Shown piece by piece: positions 50,342-64,000 of a DNA stretch of 64,000 nucleotides. The number at the start of each line of letters is the position of its first letter. The stretch's first letter is position 1. The position numbers were made by a program, and so were the translations under genes. The DNA is from Octopus vulgaris (lineage: Eukaryota), in the NCBI GenBank assembly GCA_951406725.2, contig OX597822.1, positions 81,778,001-81,842,000 on the forward strand. Reading direction: 5' to 3'. The notes beneath the pieces are model-generated. The model was not told where the DNA came from. It ran no database searches and was given only the letters and a program-made list of their open reading frames with translations.

Positions 50342-51934
50342 TGATGAGATGTGGATGTTTATGATGTAAGCACAAAGCCTGAAATTTGCAGGAGATGAAT
50401 AACGATGAATAACTGATTATATTGAAGATCATATACTTAACTGGAGTTCCTGGAGAATGAAAAACCAAAGTTTTTCATTGGAGGGATTTAAAATGAGGAC
50501 ACAAAGATCTATAACAAAATACCACAAGGCATTTTTTCTGATACTCTAACAATTCTGCTAATCTTCCACTCTAAAGAGGACAGAGTTACCTACCAGAATC
50601 AAGCCAAGTGTCTACCATGTCCTGGACAACTTCTATGTCATTATATATTGAGACCACAAAATAATTATTTCTAATATAAGTGCATGGTTTGAGATTTGGG
50701 GGAGGAGTTCAGTCTTTTAAATCAGCCCCAGAGGGATGAAAGGCAAAATTGTCTTCCGCATTTATTATTTGTCCATTCTGTTCCATGAAACTGATGGCTA
50801 ATCAAAGGCCAACATCCTCAGCCTTGCATTTTTCTATATTATTTATGCCTATAAATGTTTGGCAACAACTTGCCTCGTTTCTTGTATCTGTACATACAGG
50901 TCCATATCTTTTGGCTCAGCTAATTATGGTAATATAATATTATTTTAGACATCATCTTGGCTGAGTTCCTTTCAATTGTTGGGCTTCAGGGTGGCAATGA
51001 CTGAGACCTTTGGCATTATGTCATATGCTTGAGAAGACACATCAAGCCAGTGGCATGTAAAAGCACTCGTTACGCTTTTGGAGTGGGTGGCATTCGGTAG
51101 GACTGTAGAAAACCATGCCAAATCAGACTGGAGTCTGGTGCAGCCTCCCACGCCAGTATTGACAATGGACGTTAAATGATCATGATCTTGTGCTATCTGT
51201 AACTGTTTCCTTGTCAGTGTACGAAAATTCCTTATGTCCCTTGCAAGACGGATATATTAATGATTTTATTGGTTCCCCAATCCTCAGATGCTTGTTCAGG
51301 AAGACTATCATCTTCATTTGACACACAAGTCTACTAAAGCAATCTTCTCTCGGCTAGTTCTTATCTTTGAGTTATATTAGCTGTGTTAGAGAACAAAATG
51401 TTAATGTTTCCACTTATTAAAATGTGTATGCTCCTCTTACTACGAGTGAAATCATATTTTTGTATCATTATGTCTTGTGATAATAATATAGTTTTTGTTT
51501 TTTTTTTTATCACAAATATTCATCTATTTAAAGTCTTTTTTTATGTTCTTGCTATGTGTGTGGGTGTTACTGTTTATTGTTGCTTTAAATGTCTTTTAAG
51601 TAACTTTGGAAAGATATGTAACAAGTGTTAAAAAAAAAGATAACTCCATTTTACTATGTCTACTCTGGTAATTTGCAAATTAAATTATCCACTTCAGCAA
51701 CAGTTAAGTTATTGATGACTTTGTATAGCAGCTGAATATTCTGTGCTGTTTATTGATTAGTGCCAATCTTCTGAGATGTGGTCAGCCATCTGTAAAATAG
51801 TCCCTCGGGAATCTCTCTCACTCTCTCACCTCTTTTCCACACATCAGTTGCATAAGACAAGGAATGTATTTACATTCATATTATTCATTATCACAGCTAA
51901 GGCTTTCTAATATATTTAAATTTATCTGATATAA

Positions 51935-52350
51935 GAGTGCAAGCATGGTTGTGTGGTTAAGGAACTTGCTTCCCAACCATATAGTTTCAGGTTCAGTCCT
52001 ATTGTGTGGCACTTTAGGCATATGTCTTCTGCTATAGCCCTGAGCTGGCCAATGCTTTGTGAATAAATATGGTAGACAGAACCTAAAAGATGCCTATCGT
52101 GTGTGTGTGTGTGTGCATGTGTATGTTGTGTCTTCTTATCTTGACAATGAATGTTTGTTGTAAATGAACGTCATTCATTTCCAATGCTGTGTGTAAACCT
52201 GTCTGGCCCTGAAGAAATGTTACCTTGCTTGAAAACAGGTAAGGGTTGATAACAGGTGTGGCGGGGGGCATCTGGCCATTGGAAATATACCTCAATAAAC
52301 TCTGTCTGACACATGAAAGCATGGAAATGTGGACATCAAAATAATGATAT
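51935..52350 (+). mobile_element. Chimeric SINE: S1 head with an RTE-type tail
   Basis: S1 head and core run to the (TG)n tract, then a different body ends CATGAAAGCATGGAAATGTGGACATCAAAATAATGAT. The same body occurs at about 22730-23080 and 58330-58578. Confidence 0.65.
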
Positions 52351-54729
52351 CTCATATATCATCATCATCATTTAATGTCTGCTTTCCGTGCTGGCATGGG
52401 TTGGACGGCTTGACAGGAGCTGGCAGGAGCAACACCTGGTTCCATAGTCTGTCTTGATATGGTTTCTACTGCTCATACTAATGCCAACCACTTTACAGAG
52501 TGTACTGTATACATGTGTGTGTATGTATATATGTATATATATTTGTCCCACCCATGCTAGCATAGGACATAGACGTTAAATGATAATTATGATGATGATA
52601 TATCCTTATAATTTACCTTATTTGTTCCTATGAACAGGTTTCATCCACAAGAAAATAGAAGCTTAATTCAGTAATGTTTGCTCATTTTTGTTTGTGTTTA
52701 GTTATTTTGTACACACACCACAAGAACTATATGTGTGCATGTGTGTGCACATACATACATACATACATACATATATATGTATGTATGTATATATATATAT
52801 ATATATACTGTTAATCCTGAGTGGATTACTCATATTTTGTTTGCATCGTATCCACTCGTCATATTCACACACAGCTTCAAGCCGATGTCAGTGTGTCTGA
52901 TTGATATGGTTGCTTGTTAGTGACATTTAGTAATCAAACTTTTCTCTAGCCATATCTTTTGTCTTCAGCCTGTGTCAGTCACTGGACTGGCCATGCTGGG
53001 GCGCCACCTTGAATTTTAGTCGAACAAATTGACCACAGGACTTAGAGTGTAGTATCTATTCTATTGGTCTCTTTTGCTAAACCACTAAGGGAATTGGTTA
53101 CAGTAGTCTTTGTGACATTTAAGTGGTGGATGAGTGAAAAACACAGATAAACCGAGACACATCATCATCATCATCTAGCGGCCGTTTTCCATGCTAGCAT
53201 GGGTTGGACGGTTCAACTGGGGTCTGTGAAGCCGGAAGGCTTCATCAGGCCCAGTCAGATCTGGCAGTGTTTCTACGGCTGGATGCCCTTCCTAACGCCA
53301 ACCACTCACAATAATTATATGACAAGCTTTCACATATTTCTCATCTACCAAATTCACTCACAAGGCATTAGTTGACATTGGGCTATTTGAAGGCCTTTGC
53401 CCAAGGTGCCATTCAAGGAGATTGAACCCAAAATCATGTGGTTTTAAACTGAGCTTTTTAACCATGAAGTCATGCCTAGAAAGGAAAGTGAAGAATATTC
53501 TGGATAATGTTGTCTGAGAAGCACCAAATGTGCAAAGACAATATAGACAAAACTGAAATACCTTTGATCATAGGTTTGCTCGGTAACACCTGACTTGGGG
53601 CTAAACAACTATACAGCTCAACGTATCCACAGGGGTGCACACATCCACCAGTATGCACAGACATCAACCTGCATACACATTTATATATATATATATCACT
53701 CCATGTACATACATGTGCATGTATAAACATACTCTTATCTATGCACGTGCCTTTACGTGTACACATACCTCACAGGCACACACTTACATACATATTCACA
53801 TTTTACACGTACACATAAATACATCCGCTCTCTCTCTCTCTAAAACACACACACATACACACACTTAAATATGCATTCATTCACACACATACACACACAC
53901 ATCATTGAACATACACCAAAATCTTGTTTACCCCACTGTTAATTAAGATGAACCGGCACCAGTAATTGACCTTAAATATTGTTAATTAAAAGAGCTGCTA
54001 ATTAACTTAACTGCTAATTAAAAGAAACTACTTAAAGCAAGGGGTGGGGGTGAAAGGATGTTTTTTTTAAATTTATTTTCTTTCTTTCTATGTTACTACT
54101 TATTCACACTGACATCTTAGCATGTTAACAGGTATTTATTTCTTGTTATTAATTAATTAACTAACTAATTATGTAACACATCAATTCCAATCTGACACAA
54201 ATAGTCTCTTTCTACATTTCAGTGGTTGTTTAGTTGTTATCATTGTTTCATTCCAGGGTCAATCCTGATGGACCAAAACCTATGATAAGAAACAGCAGTG
54301 TAGCTAGATTGTGCACCTCCTGGGGTAGCTTTTGATGTTACCCTCTATCCCACCTGGGCATTAGGAAGGGCCAGTGGCACGTAAAAAGCACCATTCAAGC
54401 ATGGTCGATGCCAGTGCCACCTGACTGGCCCTCATGCCGGTGGCATGTAAAAAGCACCCACTACACTCTCTGAGTGTTTGGCTTTAGGAAAGGCATCTAG
54501 CTGTAGAAACCTTGCCCGATCAGATTGGAGCCTAGTACAGCCTTCTGGCTTGCCAGTCCTCAATCAAACCATCCAACTCATGCCAGCATGGAAAGCTGGC
54601 ATTAAATTATGATGATGATGATCCAACTGTAGAAACCCAGCCAAAGCAGACAATGGGATCTGGTGCAGCCCCTGGTCTTGCCAGCTCCACAAAATGGTCC
54701 ATCCCATGCTAGCCTGGAAAATGGACATA

Positions 54730-54925
54730 TGATGACGATGATGGTGTTGACAGTGATGATGGTGTTGACAATGATGATGTTGACCATGATGACGATGATG
54801 GTGTTGACAATGATGACGATGATGGTGTTGACAATGATGACGATGATGGTGTTGACAATGATGACGATGACAATGATGACGATGATGGTGTTGGCAATGA
54901 CGATGATGACAACAATGATTATGAT
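54730..54925. repeat. 24-bp VNTR (GATGACGATGATGGTGTTGACAAT)n grown from an RTE (GAT)n tail
   Basis: Visible tandem units directly after a family-R tail. It accounts for the low-complexity ORFs here. Confidence 0.85.
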
Positions 54926-56827
54926 CGTAGTGCCATAAATGAAGACGCATTGCCTTATTTCTCTTCTCAGAACAAGGGACTCTGCAGTGATTCCTATGTT
55001 GGCTTCAAGTAACAATAGTTTATTTAGTGCCAGATCAGCTCTGATGCAGGAGCCCTCTGATTAAATACATTCCTGACATAACCATCCAGACTTCATTTTT
55101 AGAAGTTTATTGGACTACATTATTTATTGTCTTCTATTTTCCTGGGTTGTGATTTGATGGCAGCTGTTTTTAGCAGATCTAATAATCACCTAAAGGCTCC
55201 CTCCTTGATTTGTCAACTGATAAATGAAACTTTCCTTGGCATTTGATCCTATCTCACTGTAGTCAAAAACCACTTTGGGAGTTTCACATACTTAAGGGAA
55301 ATGTTTCATTGGAGTTCTTGAAATATTTCTTATTATTTATTAAATAAATGCACATTTTTCTATGAACTACCACAACAACCACCACCACATCAACAACAAC
55401 AACAATTACAAATACTACAACCGTAACTACATCAAAACAACAAGAATAACAACTACAATAAGCAAAATAAGTTAAAAACTGAAACCACCAGTTTTATAAT
55501 AGTAAACCATTACAAGAAACTCCAAATAACCATCAGAAGCCGTAACAACAATGACAGCCAGCGTTATCGCAAATAGTAGTGGTTAGCAAGAACAATCACA
55601 ACAGCAGTAAACTACAACAACAAACCTGCAGCAACTACAACAACAACAACAACAGTTACAATAAATATTATAATAGCAATTGTAACATTCTTTAAATATA
55701 TATTACAACCAAAAGTATTTCTGGAATGTGAGACCTCTGAGGACTAATTCTAAAAGAAAAGGAAAAAATTCTGTAGAATATATTTCTAGTGTTGTGGTAG
55801 AATCATGGGTTCAAGTTTCACTGGGGTCTCACCACTGAACCTGGAACCATGTGGTAGCTTGCTTTCCAACCACATAGTTCTGGGTTCAGTCCCACTGCAT
55901 GGAACCCTGGGCAAGCATCTTCTGCTTTGGCCTCAGGCTGACCAAAGCCTTGCAAGTGGATTTGGGAAACGGAAACTGAAAGAAGCCCATCGTATATATA
56001 TACATATATATATATATATGTGTGTGTGTGTGTATGTGTTTGTGTGTCTTTGTTAATTGCCCCCATCATCGCTTGACAACCAATGCTGATGTGTTTACAT
56101 CACCATAACTTAGTGGTTCAGCAAAAGAGCCCAATAGAATAAGTACCAGGCTTACAAAGAATAAGTCCTGGGATCAATTAGTTCGACTAAATGTGGTGCT
56201 CCAGCATGGCTGCAGTCAGATGACTGAAACAAGTTAAAGAGTTGAAGCTGATAAGTAATAGATAGATTGTGTGTGTGTGTGTTTGAAGATGTGTAACCCA
56301 AATGGAAAGAACATTAAGCTCAATTATAAGACCATGAGCTTGATTCCTCTGCTGAGTGCTGTGTTGTAATCTTGAGCAAGACACTTCATTTAACATTGCT
56401 ACAACTTTTTCAGTTGGATATGAATCACAGCCAAGCACTGGTACATTTCTAACTCTCCCCTTCCAAGTATCAAAACCTCATTGTTCTGCTGGACCAAAGA
56501 GTGTCATTCCAAGAGGATGCCTATATCCACCTACAACTATACAGCAATCTAGAACAATTTGCAAAAGCATAACGTGTGCCACTCAGTTGTACTCATTTGT
56601 AAGTGTCACCTGTTCTTAGTTCTACATACACACACACACACACACACGCGGTTGCACTGACATTATATATATAGGTGCAGGTGTGGCTGTGTGGTAAGAA
56701 GTTTGCTACCCAACCACATGGTTGTGGGTTCAGTCTTGCTGTGTGGCACCTTGGGCAAGTGTTTTATACTACAGCCTTTGGCTAACCAAAGCCTTGTGAG
56801 TGGATTTGGTAGGCAGAAACTGAAAGA

Positions 56828-57040
56828 AGAGCATACTGGAAAGTTCCTGGCTTTGAGTAAAAGAAAATACAAGAGGATGAGTTAATTATGATTTTCTTCA
56901 ACATATTCCCTTCGCAGATTCATACACTTATTGCAGTGGTCCTACAGTTTTTCTAAATCCTGTGAAAGAACCCTGAAGATTGGGCTTCTAGCCAGGCCTT
57001 TCACAATACCCTTAAAGGCAGGAATTTGTCAGCATTTTCT
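56828..57040 (-). mobile_element. mariner-derived MITE nested in an S1 SINE (host about 56673-57245, plus)
   Basis: Reverse complement of 16593-16798, with TIR AAAGTTCCTGGCTTT. Confidence 0.7.
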
Positions 57041-58724
57041 CATATACATATGTGTTTGTCCTCCTACTGCTTGATAACTGGTGTTAGTGTGTTTATGTCC
57101 CACATAACTAAACAGTTTGACAAAAGAGACTGATAGAAAAAGTACCAAACTTTAAAAAATGTCAGTACTTGGGTTGATTCATTCGACTAAAATCCTTGAA
57201 GGTGGTGCCCTAGCATGGCTTGCAGTCTGATGACTCTAATAAGTAAAATATTTTTAAAATACATATCAATGCTGGTGTGTTTACATCCCTGTAACTTAGT
57301 GGTTTGGCAAAAGACATCAATAAAATAAATACTAGGCTTATAAAGAATAATGATTTGTTCAACTAAAGGTGGTGTTCCAGCATGGCCACAGTCAAATGAC
57401 TGAAACAAGTAAAAGAATAAAAGAATAAACCAACATTCAACAAGCCTCATATGAGGAAAAGACTTCATGTCACAGTCAACCTTTTACTTGATCATTTGAC
57501 CCCTGACCTTATTTTACCATATATCTGGCACTCCACCAGTGCTACAGTATAGAGAAAAATAAGCCATCCACCAGTAAACTGGTGTTACAGGCTGAAAGGG
57601 TTAAAATATATATTAAAAAACTTTTGGAGACATTGCAGGATGAAAACCATCTTGTGAAAGGCTGGATGGACTCAAAAGAGCCAATGTTCTTGCAGTTATG
57701 TGAGCATACTCATGTGCATATACGTGAAATTATTTACATTGCATCATGTAAATAAATGTACATAGGAAATAGATGGTCTTTGTTGAAACCCATGATGTTT
57801 GTAGTCTCTGGCCAACTTGTTTTATATTTCTTATACTTGTAGGTGTTTTAAAATTCAAAGAGGATTTGTAAGCCAGAACTGAAAGAAGCCCATTGTATAA
57901 AAATATATAAATTATATAAATGAAACAAAATCCAAGCTGTGGCCAGTGCCTGTTCAGGTGGCATGTAAAATGCAACATCCGAATGTGGTTGATGCTAGTG
58001 TCCCCACACTGGCTCCTGTGCCGGTGGCACATAAGAAGCACCATCCAAATATGGTCAATGCCAGTACTCCCTGACTGGACTACATGGCAGTGGCACGTAA
58101 AAGGCACCAGCCAAATGTGATTGATGCCAGGCCCACCTGACTGGAAGTGCTGGTGGAACGTAAAAAACACCACTACACTTTCAGAGTGGTTGGTGTTTGG
58201 AAGGGCATCCAGCTGTAGAAACATTGCCAAATCAGATTGGAGCCTGGTGCAGCTGTTGGCTCTCCAGACCTCAGTCAAACTGTCCAACCCATGCTAGCAT
58301 GGAAAACGGACGTTAAACGATGATGGTGTGTGTGTGTCTGTTAGCCATGACATGGTGTCATAGTTGTAAATGAGTGTCACAGACTTACAAACTGTGTCAT
58401 TCATTTCCAATATTCTGTGAGAACATCTCTGACCAAGGAGAAATATTACACTGCTTGGAAACAGGTGAGGATTGGCAACAGAAAGGACATCTGGCCATTA
58501 GAAAATCTGCCTCAATAAACCCCATCTGACCCATGCAAGCATGGAAAAGTGGGCATTAGAATGATGATGATGATGATGAGAATAACACATGTAGCACAAA
58601 GATTTGCCACTTTAAAATCTGATGTGTTGGTACTTTTTTAGCCCCCCCCCCCCCCACTTATCCCCTACCCCAAGTCAGCACTTTCTAGAATTACTGGCAG
58701 ACAATGGACTTTTTGTTTCTGCAG

Positions 58725-59007
58725 TCAGGGTATGATATACATCTATGATAATGAAATATCACTGCTTCCATAACATCCTTGCTACATGAGGGTACGTGGA
58801 AGGAGTAGTAGAGGCAGAGGGTGCATTTGTGATCTTCTGGTCCCCTTGCATGACTGCTTCCCCCTATGAAGTGCCAACAGTGTTGAAGAGATGGAAACTT
58901 CGTCTCACCATACTGGTGGATGTCTTCATCATTGTAATAACCCATGGCAGAGAAGCAATACAACTTAAAAGGAGGAAGGAAACACAAAAAAGCAGTCATA
59001 CTGAACA
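58725..59007 (+). other. Candidate spliced exon, possibly containing a start codon at 58944
   Basis: Non-repetitive sequence between an acceptor-like CTTTTTGTTTCTGCAG and a donor-like CA|GTAAGC. The CCCATGG start opens MAEKQYNLKGGRKHKKAVILN up to the donor. I recognise no homology. Confidence 0.3.
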
Positions 59008-59194
59008 GTAAGCTGACAGTCACAACATATGTGTGTGTATGTATGCATTATATGTATGTATATGTATGTATATGAACTCACATACATACATGCATATATA
59101 CATACAGAGGCACATATATTTATTATTATGAAGGAAACTGAAAGCTCATTAAGTAGACCTAAAAACCTATTTATATACACTATGTGTATGTATG

Positions 59195-59247
<53 letters not shown>

Positions 59248-60461
59248 GGAGAGGAGAAAATAAATTCAGAGGCCTATGTATATATTCATTCAATCCATAT
59301 TAACGAAATTCTTCATGGTATACAAGACACATATATAGATGCAATCATCTATATGATATATAAAAATTTCTAAGCATCTATAAATACATACATATAGAAT
59401 ATATATATATATATATATATATAATTGCAAGCACATGCACTTTTTTATATATTTATATTTATGAATTTGTATATATTTATAAATTTTTGTATATATCATC
59501 ATCATTTAACGTCCGCTTTCCATGCTAGCATGGGTCATCCAACGCATGGAAAGTGGACATTAAACAATGATGATGATGATGATATACACGAAAATTTATA
59601 AACACATACAAATTCAGAAATAAATATATAAAAAGTGTAAGTCCATAAGTGTGCTTGCGAATATATATATATATATATTCTGAAACATATCTACACACAT
59701 GCACTAACACAAATATTCATCTCTATGTTTACATGTATTATAAAGGAAATGTTAATTAGATCTGAAAAGATATGTGCAGAGGTCATTATATGTGCAGCTG
59801 TGTTCATTATACATACATACCATTTTTAGTAAACTCCTCTTCATAGGCAAAACGAAAACGGAATAAAATATAAATTGTCAAATATCAGTTATTCAGTTTC
59901 TATGGCTTGTAAAGGACTGAGATCACAGCATTGCCCCTGGATGGGCTGCTAGTCCATTGCAGGGTACTCATTTACAGCTGAGTGGTTAGGAGCAGTGAGA
60001 AATAAATTATTTTGCTCAAGGGCACAACACACTACCTGATGTAGGAATTATGATTGCAAGTGCAACACCCTGGCAACTGGGCACTGTCCCTTCATTATAG
60101 CATAGTAAAAAGTGCAGTTATTATCAATATTACTGCACATTAACAGAACCACTAAGTGTTAAATAATATTGCCATATTCATTCCAGGTTCAAATCATTGA
60201 CATGATTTTGTTAAGCAGGAATCCAAAATATTGATTTCAAATTTTGGCACAAGACCAGCAGTTTTGGAGAAAGTGGTATGTCTATTACATTGACCTCAGT
60301 GCACTGCTGGTACTTGTTTTATTGATTCCAAAAGGATGAAAGGCAAAGTTGACCCTGGTGGCATTTGAACTTAGACCATAAGCCCTTTAAGCCCTTTACC
60401 TGGATCACAGACAATTCTGTCAGTTTGAAAAATATTGTTTGCATGCTGGCATATGTATGTA

Positions 60462-61298
60462 CTAGCTGATGTACCCGGTAATTACCAGGAAAGTGGGGCT
60501 TATCCCTTGGTTCCGTTCTCCTAATTGTTTCGCTAATCCAATAACAACAATACAGAGTATGTAGCCCTTAAAACAGTTTTTGTGCATTTACAGAGAATAC
60601 CGAACTGTCTTACACAGGATGTTGTTTTTAGGCATTCCCAATAAGTTATGAATACCCAAATTGTGAAGTCAGTTATGTAATAATATGAAATTAGTTACCC
60701 GATAGTAAGAATTCAAATAAAGTAGCCCCGAAAAGGGCTTTAATGCATTCCCAGAGTATATAGAACTTAGGAGGAAATACTAATAAGGTATATATACTAA
60801 AATCGTGAAGCATGTTACAAAATAACAGGCTAATCAGATATGAGATAATAACAATTCAAAGTAAATAACTCTGAAAAGGGCTTTTGTGCATTTGCAGAGA
60901 ATATTACCCTCAGGGGCATTAGTGTTGTTATATTCATGAATAAGTCACTAACTGAAATAAAAGGATCTATTGTTTAGGAAAATACTATTTACTTGTTTAA
61001 GGGTTGTACTGGATAAATTGCGAAAATAACAGTTTAAATACTAAGAAATAAGCATACTCAATTTCATTTTTACCAAATAATTTAGGAAAATGAATGGTTT
61101 TTTCCCCTTGGATATATATACAATGATCCCTTCCAGGGGCTCTATTATCGATTTTTCCAACAATCTGAGTATGCCATGAGGTTTCCAGACCCGAGTTCTA
61201 CTTACTTGTCAAGTTTCATTATAATTGATAAAACGATGTAGAAGAAGTTAGCTAACAACTCCACAAACACACCCACAGACAGAATTTCCCACAGTAGA
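60462..61298 (-). mobile_element. Non-autonomous Helitron-like element
   Basis: The minus strand starts A|TCTAC...TCTGTCTGTGGGTGTGTTTG and ends with the hairpin CCTGGTAATTACCGGG followed by ...CAGCTAG|T. Internal degenerate repeats of about 140-150 bp. Confidence 0.7.
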
Positions 61299-63094
61299 TT
61301 TCTCTGAAAAAATTTCAACCACATGGTCAACTTGGGCTAAACACCAACTACCTTTTGCTAACATTTCATAACCCACAGATAACACTTGTATCAGTTATCT
61401 TCAACCTCCGTAGATCTTAAATGTTCAGCGTCCATCAGCTATTCCAATATGGTATCAAAGTGATTATGCTTGTTTCATGTGAGAGCTATAATATTCATCT
61501 CGCAACTTTTACATATTTCAATCATTAGACTGTGGCCATGCTGGGGCACTGCCTTGAAGGAGTTTTAACTGAATAAACCGACCTCAGTACATTTCTATTA
61601 TTTTTTAAGCCTGATACTTATTCTACCAGTGTCTTTTGCCACACTAAGTTACAGTGCCAAAAACATGCTGACACTAGTTGTCAAGCAGTGGTGGTGGACA
61701 GACACACACACACACACATATATATGTAGGATGGGCTTCTTTCAGTTTCTTTCGACTAATTCCACTCACAAGGCTTTGGTCAGTCCGAGGCTATAGTAGA
61801 AGATACTTGCCCAAAGTGTCACGCAGTGGGACTGAACCTGGAAACATGTGCTTGGGAAGCAAACGTCTTAGCAAATTCTGTAAATCCATAACGCACTGCC
61901 CTTCATTTCTCTGCTCAACCTGTCACCAAATCTCAGTTCTGAGGTGGTTAAAGATAACTGCTGCTAATGCCGGAGGTATATCTTCTTGTATCAATTGATT
62001 GATTACTTGCTCGTTTGATTGATTTATTGATTAACCAATTCTGGTTAATTTATTGGACATAGAAACACAATGCTTTGTGCTGTTCTTCAAAGACAATAAA
62101 CAACCAATACATTAAGAATATTTTGCAGAGAAATCAAAGAAGAGTGGCCAATTTGTCTGTGTGTGAGGTGGAGGTGGGAGGGGCGCCGGTATAAACAACA
62201 CAAGTAGTTTGGTCTCCTTTGTTTTCATTCTTTTCTTCATATAAAAACACTCATATTCACTCACACACTTCTCCCTCTCTCTCTCTCTTTCTTATGGTCC
62301 TGTTTCCTTTTCTCTCTCTCGTCTTCCTGTACACACATACATCTGTACAATCAAGTATTTTGTTCCCTGTTCTTTCTCTCCCCCCCTCTCTCTTTTCCAC
62401 ACACACACACCCACACACACTTGCCTACGCTTGTAATACAACATCCACCTTAATCTCGCCACTCCCAACTCTTAAGTACTAGTAATTCATTAGTGTTGAT
62501 ACTAGTGACTATATTGCTTTTATTCCGACATAACATTATTCATTCTTGAATATCAGTGAATTGACAGAATCTGTGGTACATCGGAAAGCTACATTACTCA
62601 ATTTAGTCATATATTTTATATCCTGAGTTCAAATTCCACTGAAGTGACTTTATTTTTCATCTGACTCAGAATGTGTCACAGTTAAGTACTAGTTAAGTAC
62701 TGATTGGTCTGTTTGACTGTTCTTTCCTCCCTTAAATACTTAGCTTTCTACCTATTTTAGAAATGGTTAGTGGTAGCATCAATAGAATTTGGGACGGAAT
62801 GCTCTTTTAGTATTTGGTAACATTCTTTTGTTTTTCCAATTTCGGTCAGTGGTTCTCAACCGTCATCGTCGTTTAATACCCATGTTCCATGCTGGCATGA
62901 TGAGTTGGACAGTTTGACTGAAGGCTGTGCCAGACTCCAATCCGATCTGGCAAGTTTCTACAGCTGGATGCCCTTCCTTAAGCCAATCACTCTCAGATTG
63001 TTGTGGCTGCTTTTTATGTGCCACCAGTACAAGGGCCAGTCAGGCGGTACTGGCATGTTTTTTTTTTTTTTATCTGTGGACCTCTTTGATTACT

Positions 63095-64000
63095 ATCTTA
63101 TTTCTTTATTTCCCACAGGGGGCTAAACGTGGAGAGAACAAATAAGAACAGACAAAGGGTTCAAGTCAATTACATCGACCCCAGTGTGTAACTGGTACTT
63201 ATTTAATCGACCCTGAAAGGATGAAAGGCAAAGTCGACCTCAGTGGAATTTGAACTCAGAACATAACGGCAGATGAAATACCACTAAGCATTTTACCCGT
63301 CATGCTAACACTTCTGCCAGCTCACCTTCTTCTTTGGTTACTATTATATTTGCTGGATTTTCACAGCCATTTGATGTTTAAAAACTAGTTTTATTAAGGC
63401 AGCAAGCTAGCAGAAACCTTAGCACACTGGGCGAAATGTTTAGCAGTGTTTCGTCTGTCTTTACGTTCTGATTTCAAATTCCGCCGAGGTCGACTTTACC
63501 TTTCATCCTTTCGGAGTTAATGAATTAAGTATCAGTTATGCACTGTGGTCGATGTAATTGACTTAATCCCCTCCCCTCAAATTTGAGGCCTTGTGCCTAT
63601 AGTAGAAAGGATTATTAGTATTTGGGTGGCAAACTGACGGAATTTTTAGAGAATCTGAAAAAAATGCTTTGTGGGAATTTCTTCCTATTCTGAGTTCAAA
63701 TCCTGCTGGCATTTACTTCACCTCTCATTCTTTTGGAGCTGATAAAATAAAGAAATAGTCAATTACTGGAGAGGGGATGATATAACCAGCCAATTCCCCA
63801 TTCCACCTGAAATTTCTGGCCTTGTGCCTTAATTTGAAACATTATCATTAATAATAATAATGATGATAATAGGGCTACAGGCTGGCAGAATTATTACTGC
63901 ACCGGGCAAAATGCTTAGCGGAATTCCACCCATCTGAGTTCAAATGTCACTGAGATTAACTTTGTCATTCATCCTTTCGGGGTCAAGAAAACTAATACCA
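63095..64000. mobile_element. Cluster of four S2 SINE copies (one minus, three plus)
   Basis: Copies at about 63095-63325 (minus), 63398-63615, 63620-63845 and 63875-end, each with GAGTTCAAAT-like and TTCATCCTTTCGG-like motifs. Confidence 0.8.

Noticed and set aside
54564-55015. His-, Ile-, Met/Thr- and Ser-rich ORFs on both strands
   Set aside because: They are translations of a 24-bp VNTR derived from a (GAT)n tail.
57730-58287. Longest ORF in the track (185 aa)
   Set aside because: It is an antisense read-through of a family-R repeat, and the same peptide motif recurs at every copy.

Overview
AT-rich, microsatellite-rich animal DNA. The SINE and RTE-LINE content suggests a coleoid cephalopod, most likely Octopus (inference from remembered repeat families, not a database result). 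I find no intact protein-coding gene: the ORF track is almost entirely SINE and microsatellite read-through, so the window is probably intronic or intergenic, with one candidate exon near 58.7-59.0 kb. The window is a mosaic of several tRNA-derived SINE families, many 5'-truncated copies of an RTE-LINE 3' tail ending in (GAT)n, and decayed LINE remnants (RTE, R4/NeSL-like, CR1, L1/Tx1-like). It also holds decayed mariner and hAT transposases, piggyBac, hAT and mariner MITEs, non-autonomous Helitrons, and Penelope-like element (PLE) fragments. The most interesting signal is a set of minimal type I hammerhead-ribozyme (HHR) motifs in at least six unrelated repeats. Their cores show three different Watson-Crick versions of the 3-8 pair (C3-G8, U3-A8, G3-C8). 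One HHR sits in a tRNA-headed element that inserts as PLE-style inverted pairs. A young 1.86-kb composite retroelement (317-bp monomers, C-rich VNTRs, RTE tail) is also notable. All alignments and folds were done by eye, and repeat boundaries are approximate (about 10-30 bp).
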